Origin: a virus
DNA: 13,167 bases
Virus record (IMG/VR): IMGVR_UViG_3300021387_000118
Location: 1-13,167 of that record
Reading direction: 5' to 3' (one strand)
The position numbers and the translations under genes were made by a program. Every line of letters begins with the position of its first letter. Positions within the stretch are counted from its first letter, which is position 1. The notes beneath the pieces are model-generated. The model saw only the letters and a list, made by a program, of their open reading frames with translations. It had not been told where the DNA came from and did not search any database. Shown here one piece after another: positions 7,607 to 13,167 of this stretch.

Positions 7607-7888
7607 ATGTATAGAGAGATGCCACCAGATGCAATGCAACCACATGATACTTGGATTATTGCCTTTTGCCCAGATACAGATTCGTTCTTTGTCACCAATC
7701 AGAGGGCATTCTACTGGGAATCCGAAGAAGAATTTGAATCAGAAGAAGCTGGAATATATTTCTTTGAGCATCAGATTCAATACTTCATTGATGTAGAAGA
7801 AAAATTAATGAGCGACATGTTTATTAATGATTGGAATACTGATCGTGTTTTTCTGGAGAACACAAATAGACGATATCTTAAAAGCTAA
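7607..7888 (+). CDS. hypothetical acidic protein (93 aa)
   Basis: The cassette AAGTCTTTGATGAGGAAAAAATAT precedes ATG 7607. Confidence 0.6.
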   Translation: MYREMPPDAMQPHDTWIIAFCPDTDSFFVTNQRAFYWESEEEFESEEAGIYFFEHQIQYFIDVEEKLMSDMFINDWNTDRVFLENTNRRYLKS

Positions 7889-7906
7889 GTTTAATTGGAG
7901 AATGTA

Positions 7907-8230
7907 ATGGTAGCAAGATGTGGGAATACTGGTGTTACTGTTGGCAGCGAATGGTGTGGATTATGCCGAGTGCATGGATGCGAAGGATATAAATTATTTA
8001 AACAATCATGTAAGAATGGCGAACAATTTAATGAAGGAGAAGCTATGGTAGAAATTAATGATGTGAATCTTAACAAAGAACTTATGTGTGAGATTAGAAT
8101 TCCTATAGGAGTTAATAGAGAGACAATTACAAATCCTTTTAAGATACTTGGATTTGATGTAAGACAAATTGGCAGCCTTTCTAATGGTGATATTATTTAT
8201 GAGGTGGTTGATAAACCTAAGGTGAGATAA
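7907..8230 (+). CDS. Cys-rich (C..C..C...C) hypothetical protein (107 aa)
   Basis: The cassette AAGTTTAATTGGAGAATGTA precedes ATG 7907. The track ORF starts at an upstream TTG in the same frame. Confidence 0.6.
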   Translation: MVARCGNTGVTVGSEWCGLCRVHGCEGYKLFKQSCKNGEQFNEGEAMVEINDVNLNKELMCEIRIPIGVNRETITNPFKILGFDVRQIGSLSNGDIIYEVVDKPKVR

Positions 8231-8252
8231 TTATGAATGGGAGATATTAGAT

Positions 8253-8606
8253 ATGAAGAGCTGTCCAAATTGTGGCGCACCATTTGAACCTTATAAATGC
8301 AAGTGTGAATTTTGCGGCACATGGTACTTTGATTTCACTGCATTTGATATGAGTGAGAATGTACCATACTATGTAAAGTTTAGAACGCCATATGGAATAA
8401 TTACTACATTGGCTAGACCGGAATTACAGACAATTGAAGTAAATGACGATTATTATTATGCCTGTAATTCAAGGGGTAATAAAATTGCTAAAATTGTTGG
8501 GAACAGAAGCTGTGATCTTAATGTAACATTTCATTCACAGATTGATCCAGAAACTGAAACGTTGTATCAGTTGGAAGTATCTAATGAAAATGGAATAGAA
8601 AAATGA
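8253..8606 (+). CDS. zinc-ribbon protein (CPNCG ... CKCEFCG N-terminus), 117 aa
   Basis: GGGAGA at 8239-8244 lies 8 nt before ATG 8253. It has an N-terminal Cys4-type ribbon. Confidence 0.65.
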   Translation: MKSCPNCGAPFEPYKCKCEFCGTWYFDFTAFDMSENVPYYVKFRTPYGIITTLARPELQTIEVNDDYYYACNSRGNKIAKIVGNRSCDLNVTFHSQIDPETETLYQLEVSNENGIEK

Positions 8607-8656
8607 TTTAATGAGTAAAAAAGAATGAATGAGGAGTAATCCTGAAGGAAATAATT

Positions 8657-8923
8657 ATGAGATATTTTAAATGTGCAGCGATTAGATACAAGACAGGTGA
8701 AGACATCTGGACAGAAAGACGAGGCAAAAGACATCATGAAATTATTAAAGCAATTCATGATGCTGGAGAAACAGAGCAGTATAAGAAATGTCATGTGGAT
8801 GGATTTATAATCGGAGAAAGTTGGACCGCAGAATTTGTAGACCGAGAAACTGCTACAGAAATCGCCAAAGAAATGGGGATTAAAATGCGAGGTTGTGTTC
8901 TAACATCTGAAGATTTGTGGTAA
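8657..8923 (+). CDS. hypothetical protein (88 aa)
   Basis: GAAGGA at 8643-8648 lies 8 nt before ATG 8657. Confidence 0.6.
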   Translation: MRYFKCAAIRYKTGEDIWTERRGKRHHEIIKAIHDAGETEQYKKCHVDGFIIGESWTAEFVDRETATEIAKEMGIKMRGCVLTSEDLW

Positions 8924-8946
8924 TAAGTTAATAAGAGGAGTCCATA

Positions 8947-9123
8947 ATGATGGAACGATGTGAATATTGTGAGTATCGTAATGGCTGGGAATGTAGTGAT
9001 GGATACTATAGAGTTTCTAATGATAAGATGTGCGAGAGGTTTAAGTTAGATTTCGACACGCTAAGTGATGGTGTTAAACGTCAGATCCAGAAGCGATTGA
9101 TTGGCGAGTTGGAATGGATTTAA
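8947..9123 (+). CDS. small zinc-binding-like protein (58 aa; CEYCEY ... C ... C), below the track cutoff
   Basis: AGAGGAG at 8934-8940 lies 6 nt before ATG 8947. It fills a gap and ends with TAA at 9121-9123. Confidence 0.5.
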   Translation: MMERCEYCEYRNGWECSDGYYRVSNDKMCERFKLDFDTLSDGVKRQIQKRLIGELEWI

Positions 9124-9127
9124 GAAA

Positions 9128-9436
9128 ATGATGAATTGTGATAATTGCAGATATTATGAATGGTATTATGATTATTGTAGTAAATGGAAATGCAAAGTAG
9201 ATTCGAGAGAGGTTCATGATTGTTTTAAACCCCGTGAAAATAATATGGTTAATAAAATATTAAGAAAAGACTTTAGCAATCCGAATAAGTTGGTTGCTGG
9301 ATATGAAGTAGTAGATGAAGAGCCGGAAGAAATAACTTTTAAGTATTCAGATTTCGAAGTATTCCACAGTGGAAACGCTGCAATCTGGTCTCCGTTGGTT
9401 TGGCAACTAAGATATAATTATGGATTGTATAAATGA
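9128..9436 (+). CDS. Cys-rich hypothetical protein (102 aa; CDNC ... C..C.C)
   Basis: ATG 9128 is 4 nt after the upstream stop, suggesting translational coupling. The SD is weak. The track ORF starts at an upstream TTG in the same frame. Confidence 0.5.
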   Translation: MMNCDNCRYYEWYYDYCSKWKCKVDSREVHDCFKPRENNMVNKILRKDFSNPNKLVAGYEVVDEEPEEITFKYSDFEVFHSGNAAIWSPLVWQLRYNYGLYK

Positions 9437-9446
9437 GGAAATAACA

Positions 9447-9755
9447 ATGTTATTAGATATTATAACTTCGACAAAGATTGGCATTTTTTATTTAGATAAA
9501 GGTTGGAAAGACGATGTTTATGAGAAAATTAGAGCCGATGCTTTAAAGTGTGAGACTCTTAAGTATTTCAATAAAAATGAAATATGCTTTGCTGACAAGC
9601 ATATAAAGATATGTATTTATTTTTATCCGGTAGATAATAATGTTAGAGGATGCAGATTTGATCGAGTTTATTATCAGCAGGGCATAGATAGAGATGTTTT
9701 ATTAAGTCGAGCTGCACCAAAGATATTAACAAGGATGTATCCGCTAGATGTTTAA
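9447..9755 (+). CDS. hypothetical protein (102 aa)
   Basis: GAGGAA at 9433-9438 lies 8 nt before ATG 9447. Confidence 0.55.
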   Translation: MLLDIITSTKIGIFYLDKGWKDDVYEKIRADALKCETLKYFNKNEICFADKHIKICIYFYPVDNNVRGCRFDRVYYQQGIDRDVLLSRAAPKILTRMYPLDV

Positions 9756-9768
9756 TAGGAGGAAAATA

Positions 9769-9966
9769 ATGAAGAAAAAAGAACATATGAGAATTATGAA
9801 TAAGGCAACTATTAAGGTATTCTTTAAAGATGGTAACGTTGATGAGATCCCGTCCAGGATCTGGGATGACTATCAGTATATTGATAGGCTGTTTGTTGTT
9901 AAGAGACGTGGAGTTTGGATTGGAATTTACAACATGGATGGAGTAGATTGTATTACCATCGGATAA
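9769..9966 (+). CDS. small basic hypothetical protein (65 aa)
   Basis: AGGAGG at 9756-9761 lies 7 nt before ATG 9769. Confidence 0.6.
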   Translation: MKKKEHMRIMNKATIKVFFKDGNVDEIPSRIWDDYQYIDRLFVVKRRGVWIGIYNMDGVDCITIG

Positions 9967-9984
9967 GAAGAATGGAGTATTGTA

Positions 9985-10644
9985 ATGAGTAATTATGTAA
10001 TTCACGCTTGCCCTAAGAGATTGTGGTATGTAGAAGAATTTCTCGTACCATCACTCAAAGAACAGGGCATAGAGAATATTGACGTAAGATGTGACAACTT
10101 TAAGCGTGGTAATCTTTTGTATTGTATGGATATCTTTGGAAGAATGACCGGAGATGGTGGCAGTTGGCACATACAGGACGATGTGGTTATTTGCCGAGAT
10201 TTCGCTCAACGTACTGCTAAGTATGATGGCAAGAATGAAATAGTGTGTGGCTTTGCTTGGGATAAAGATCCTAACATAGACAAAATCGACCATGTGCAGC
10301 AATCTGATATGTGGTACTCATTTCCTTGTATATATATCCCTAACTACATTGCCAAGGAATGTTCTGAATGGTTTTTCAATAAAGGACGATATGATGGAAG
10401 ATATTTATCATTTAGCGTTAAAGGCCAGTTCGATGATTATTTCTTCCAGAAGTATCTGATGGAGTATTATCCAGAACTTCCCGTTCTACATATTAAGCCG
10501 AGTCTTGTTGATCATATTGATTACCTAATTGGTGGAACAACAGTGGAAGCTATTGGCAGAGACGAGGTTAGTAGAGCAAAGTGGTTTGATGATCCTGATC
10601 TTGTTAATCAATTAAAGGAGAGGTTAAAATACAGAAATGGCTAA
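9985..10644 (+). CDS. first copy of a tandem paralog pair: GT-A-fold/DxD-like putative glycosyltransferase (219 aa)
   Basis: GGAG at 9974-9977 lies 7 nt before ATG 9985. DGGSWHIQDDVVI resembles the GT-A (h)GG(v)Y(l)DxDhh motif. The C-terminal LVDHIDYLIGG has an H-x-D pair. It is clearly paralogous to the ORF at 10637..11302. Confidence 0.6.
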   Translation: MSNYVIHACPKRLWYVEEFLVPSLKEQGIENIDVRCDNFKRGNLLYCMDIFGRMTGDGGSWHIQDDVVICRDFAQRTAKYDGKNEIVCGFAWDKDPNIDKIDHVQQSDMWYSFPCIYIPNYIAKECSEWFFNKGRYDGRYLSFSVKGQFDDYFFQKYLMEYYPELPVLHIKPSLVDHIDYLIGGTTVEAIGRDEVSRAKWFDDPDLVNQLKERLKYRNG

Positions 10645-11302
10645 TTATTTAATTCATGCTTGTCCAGAACGAATGTGGTATGTGGATAATTATCTGGTGC
10701 CATCACTTCGTAATCAGGGTATTAATAATATTATTGTCAGTTGTGATCAGTTACATTTGGGGAATCTAGAAAGTTGTATGAAGATTTTCGGTTCTCTGGA
10801 AGACGATGGTTATGGTACATGGCATCTGCAAGATGATGTGATTATATGCCGGAACTTTCGGGAAATTACCGAGAGATATGATTATGGTGTTGTTTGCGGT
10901 TTCACTCATTCACGATCTGCTAACACTGGATTTGTTTTACCGGATAAGATGTGGTACTCATTTCCATGTATTAGAATATCTAACGGGATAGCCAAAGAAT
11001 GTTCACAGTGGTACTATTCGTTCGCTAAGAAATATGCTAAATATTATGAATGGGTTCATATGGGGAAATGTGATGATAATTTCTTCTATGAATTCATGAA
11101 TAAGTATTGTTCTACATTAGATGTATTAAATCTAGTTCCTAATTTGGTTGATCATATTGATTACCTTCTGGGAGGATCAATGGTTAACCAATACAGGAAT
11201 GGCGAACAATTTAGATCAGCTTACTTTGAGGATGTTGATCTTGTAGATCAATTAGCTAATGATATAAGGAGAAATAATAATGGTACGAATGCTTCATTAT
11301 GA
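10637..11302 (+). CDS. second copy of the tandem paralog pair: GT-A-fold/DxD-like putative glycosyltransferase (221 aa)
   Basis: It shares with the upstream ORF the blocks YxIHACPxRxWYV..LVPSL, WHxQDDVxICRxF, MWYSFPCI, IAKECSxW and LVDHIDYLxGG. It overlaps the upstream stop by 8 nt. AAGGAGAGG lies upstream. Confidence 0.6.
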   Translation: MANYLIHACPERMWYVDNYLVPSLRNQGINNIIVSCDQLHLGNLESCMKIFGSLEDDGYGTWHLQDDVIICRNFREITERYDYGVVCGFTHSRSANTGFVLPDKMWYSFPCIRISNGIAKECSQWYYSFAKKYAKYYEWVHMGKCDDNFFYEFMNKYCSTLDVLNLVPNLVDHIDYLLGGSMVNQYRNGEQFRSAYFEDVDLVDQLANDIRRNNNGTNASL

Positions 11303-11591
11303 TGATCGTAAAGAAGAACGTCAATCGCATGAGATCTATTTTCAACTGTCTGGCGATGATGATTTTAAAAACTTCTTTGGGGCTGAAGGTGATGGTCATG
11401 TGACTGAATTGAGTTTGGCAAGTCTACGTGCATATGGGGCAACTAAGGAAGAAGCTCTCAAGAACATGGAACCTATCATGGAATGGTTAGCTGCCGAAAT
11501 CCAGGCAATCTACCTTCTCTATCAAGATGGATTTTATGATAAAAATGTTATTGACGTTGATGCTGCTGGTATACCTATAGGAGAAGAATGA
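11280..11591 (+). CDS. HicB/UPF0150-like domain protein (103 aa)
   Basis: AGGAG at 11266-11270 lies 9 nt before ATG 11280. ELSLASLRAYGATKEEALKNMEPIMEWL resembles the UPF0150/HicB N-domain motif (PxLPG..a.G.T.EEAL.N..EAi..wl). Confidence 0.4.
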   Translation: MVRMLHYDDRKEERQSHEIYFQLSGDDDFKNFFGAEGDGHVTELSLASLRAYGATKEEALKNMEPIMEWLAAEIQAIYLLYQDGFYDKNVIDVDAAGIPIGEE

Positions 11592-11914
11592 TGAAATATC
11601 GTATTAAAGAAATCCTTCATAGCGGCAGAAAAGATACTAGGAATAAGCCAGTTGACTCACCTAAGTTTGATGGCATGATTGGTTCTATTATCGAACTCAA
11701 GTATATAGAAGATCCCAATATGAATATAACTGAGATTGATAATATAGAAGATATTAAACAGTTTAGTTTAGTTGGATGGGATTTTTTATCTGGAGATGCT
11801 CCGTATGAGTATTGGGAAACTACTGCCGTTATAGCGATTTATCTGGATTATAATGATGTGTATCACATCGAAACTGCTAATACTATTTATAAACTGGAAA
11901 AAATCGAAGACTAA
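11588..11914 (+). CDS. hypothetical protein (108 aa)
   Basis: AGGAGAAG precedes the ATGATG at 11588/11591. ATGA overlaps the upstream stop. Confidence 0.55.
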   Translation: MMKYRIKEILHSGRKDTRNKPVDSPKFDGMIGSIIELKYIEDPNMNITEIDNIEDIKQFSLVGWDFLSGDAPYEYWETTAVIAIYLDYNDVYHIETANTIYKLEKIED

Positions 11915-11943
11915 TTTATTGAAAATATATAAAATGTGTCAGA

Positions 11944-11972
11944 TTGTCATTCTAGTATGTGAGTAGTATAAT
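11944..11972 (+). promoter_or_regulatory. near-consensus sigma-A promoter TTGTCA-N17-TATAAT
   Basis: TTGTCA sits at 11944-11949, the spacer is 17 nt, and TATAAT sits at 11967-11972. It lies in the 98-nt gap upstream of the HPr-like gene. Confidence 0.7.
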
Positions 11973-11980
11973 TAATTTCG

Positions 11981-11998
11981 TTAATAATTAATTATTAA
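11981..11998. promoter_or_regulatory. perfect 18-bp palindrome TTAATAATTAATTATTAA directly downstream of the -10; candidate operator
   Basis: The 18 bases are exactly self-complementary. They sit between the TATAAT box and the RBS of the gene at 12013. Confidence 0.4.
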
Positions 11999-12012
11999 AC
12001 AAGAGGTAACAT

Positions 12013-12255
12013 ATGAGAATTCTATTGGACTTGGATCTGGAAAAAATCAACGATCTATGCAAGATTTGCGACACATCATCATTAGATGTTAATGTTGTTT
12101 CTGGCAGTTTGATTGTTGACGGTTGTTCAGTGATGGGTGTCATGGGGTTGTGCGATAGAGTTGTTGAATTAAAACCTGTAACAACAGATCCCATGGAAAT
12201 TGCAGCATTTTTTGAAAGAGTAAAGCCGTTAGGCGCATATTTCAGTAAGGAGTAA
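12013..12255 (+). CDS. HPr/Crh-like phosphocarrier-fold protein lacking the His15 active site
   Basis: DVNVVSGSLIVDGCSVMGVMGLCDRVVEL aligns to the HPr segment [32 protein letters not shown], so the Ser46 region is conserved. The N-terminal LDLEKINDL has no equivalent of the GIHARPA His15 loop. AGAGG lies 6 nt before ATG 12013. Confidence 0.5.
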   Translation: MRILLDLDLEKINDLCKICDTSSLDVNVVSGSLIVDGCSVMGVMGLCDRVVELKPVTTDPMEIAAFFERVKPLGAYFSKE

Positions 12256-12260
12256 AAATT

Positions 12261-12686
12261 ATGAAGAGAAAGAGTATTCAGAACAAAAATTTTAAGATTA
12301 TCCCCGAAGCAAAGCTTGTACAGGGCGAAATGCCGGAAAAGCTTATTGCGTATGATTTGACTGCTGGAATTAAGAGTAAGTATAAGGATCTTATTTTAGC
12401 GGCATCATTTGAATATGAAGATGACTGGTTCCCGTGTGACAATGTAATTACCGCTAATGCTTACTGCGATGAAAAGGATGAGTGGGATGAGAAGGTTGGC
12501 ACCGATGTTTGTGCTGCCAAGTTGGAACTGAAGAATCACCAGAAGCTCGCTAAGAAGTACGATAGAATTGCTAGAGATCTTCAGGAAGCCTGTCTGATCG
12601 CCCAGAGTTATTGCATTCGACATGAAGCAAAGGCTATGTCTATTGAGGATGATCTGATACAGTATCACGGAAGGTTGCCGATGTGA
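12261..12686 (+). CDS. hypothetical protein (141 aa)
   Basis: AAGGAG at 12244-12249 lies upstream of ATG 12261. Matches the ORF track. Confidence 0.6.
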   Translation: MKRKSIQNKNFKIIPEAKLVQGEMPEKLIAYDLTAGIKSKYKDLILAASFEYEDDWFPCDNVITANAYCDEKDEWDEKVGTDVCAAKLELKNHQKLAKKYDRIARDLQEACLIAQSYCIRHEAKAMSIEDDLIQYHGRLPM

Positions 12687-12697
12687 GGAGGAACTAA

Positions 12698-13167
12698 ATG
12701 GAGTTTGTAAATGAAATCATTAACAATATCTGGAAAGACAGATATAGAAAGAATAATGAAACACTTGAGGGTAATTTTAGAAGAGTTGCGAAGTTTTGTG
12801 CGAAAGATAAAAATGATGAAAATGACTTTTTTAATGTTATGGACAGAGGTCTTTTTTATCCGGCTGGAAGAACTATGAGTAATTCTGGTGTTGGTACAAA
12901 ACTAACTCTTAATAATTGCTTTACGGCTCCCCAAATTGGAGATAGCTACGATGAAATATTTGACAGAGTAAGACTTGGGGCAGTTACTCATCAGCGCGGT
13001 GGAGGTATTGGATATGATTTCTCGCAGCTTCGTCCTAAAGGATCTCCTACTTCTAATAACGCAGTTGCTTCTGGACCAGTGAGTTTTATGGATGTTTTTA
13101 ATGCACAGACAGAGACTACAATCCAGGGGCAACGCCGTGGAGCAAATATGGGTATTATGAATGTATA
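12698..13167 (+). CDS. nrdJ: ribonucleotide reductase catalytic subunit, N-terminal part (runs off the window); most consistent with class II adenosylcobalamin-dependent NrdJ
   Basis: GAGGAGG at 12685-12691 lies 6 nt before ATG 12698. LNNCF, RGGGIGYDFSQLRPKGS, ASGPVSFMDVF and QRRGANMG match the RNR active-site and N-terminal signatures (compare Thermotoga NrdJ: LSACFV, GGGTGFSFSRLRPKG, ASGPVSFMRVFD, KRRGANM). It is absent from the ORF track because there is no stop in the window. Confidence 0.8.
   Translation, partial: MEFVNEIINNIWKDRYRKNNETLEGNFRRVAKFCAKDKNDENDFFNVMDRGLFYPAGRTMSNSGVGTKLTLNNCFTAPQIGDSYDEIFDRVRLGAVTHQRGGGIGYDFSQLRPKGSPTSNNAVASGPVSFMDVFNAQTETTIQGQRRGANMGIMNV

Noticed and set aside
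7488-7796. 102-aa plus-strand ORF spanning the junction between the genes at 7415 and 7607
   Set aside because: It cuts across two ORFs that each have a strong SD and a conserved junction cassette. Its translation is basic and low-complexity, and it has no start context of its own.
5725-9123. Five predicted proteins are exactly 59 aa (the genes at 5725, 7018, 7215 and 7415, with 8947 at 58 aa)
   Set aside because: Apart from the short shared C-terminal and junction segment already reported, the proteins are unrelated in sequence. The equal lengths are most likely coincidence among many ORFs of about 60 aa.
11566-11600. Possible promoter TTGACG...TATAGG/TATACC near 11566
   Set aside because: Spacer and -10 are poor, and it lies inside coding sequence. 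It is far weaker than the two consensus promoters reported.
591-13132. All 16 minus-strand ORFs in the track: 591-782, 1121-1309, 2936-3136, 3636-3818, 3944-4198, 5492-5677, 5853-6080, 6418-6639, 7384-7698, 7891-8076, 8567-8794, 9643-10005, 10051-10302, 11988-12194, 12405-12668 and 12902-13132
   Set aside because: Each is fully antisense to a plus-strand gene that has a good SD and/or recognisable motifs (PTH2, SLOG, RNR, the paralog pair). None has a convincing RBS. Their translations are low-complexity and rich in Ser, Leu and Ile, typical of AT-rich antisense frames.
1-13167. CRISPR arrays, IS or transposase genes, integrase, and rho-independent terminators
   Set aside because: I saw no direct repeats of 25 nt or more with regular spacers, no transposase or integrase motifs, and no GC-rich hairpin followed by a U-tract. 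This scan was done by eye, so a systematic search with a terminator predictor could still find weak terminators.

Overview
The window is AT-rich (roughly 35% GC), densely packed and almost entirely plus-strand. It reads as the early/accessory region of a large virulent phage of a low-GC Gram-positive (Firmicutes-type) host. The evidence is that nearly every gene has a strong GGAGG-type Shine-Dalgarno 4-9 nt before the ATG, many stop and start codons overlap (ATGA, TAATG), and there are two perfect TTGACA/TTGTCA-N17-TATAAT promoters. I call about 41 short plus-strand genes. Several can be named from motifs. One is a PTH2-type peptidyl-tRNA hydrolase (GKMAAQVAHAS). One is a nucleoside 2-deoxyribosyltransferase-like protein (FLAGG ... 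MYELG). One is a SLOG/DUF2493-like Rossmann protein (GHASGADALG ... AGPIRNEQM). One is an HPr/Crh-like phosphocarrier-fold protein that keeps the Ser46 region (CSVMGVMGL) but lacks the catalytic His15. One is a HicB/UPF0150-like protein. The 5' end of a ribonucleotide reductase catalytic subunit, most consistent with class II NrdJ, runs off the 3' edge. At least nine small proteins carry CxxC...CxxC zinc-ribbon signatures. Four further things stand out. (i) A conserved stop-to-start junction cassette (stop codon inside AAGTyTTwATwGGAGAA, then 4-9 nt, then ATG) recurs 8 times. (ii) Exact 11- and 17-nt repeats are shared between non-adjacent small genes, suggesting cassette shuffling. (iii) A tandem pair of clearly paralogous 219- and 221-aa proteins shows GT-A/DxD-like glycosyltransferase features. 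(iv) A 160-nt ORF-free region contains a CCGAAAGG GNRA hairpin and a closing stem. I found no tRNA, rRNA, CRISPR array, transposase or convincing intrinsic terminator. All minus-strand ORFs in the track look like antisense artefacts.
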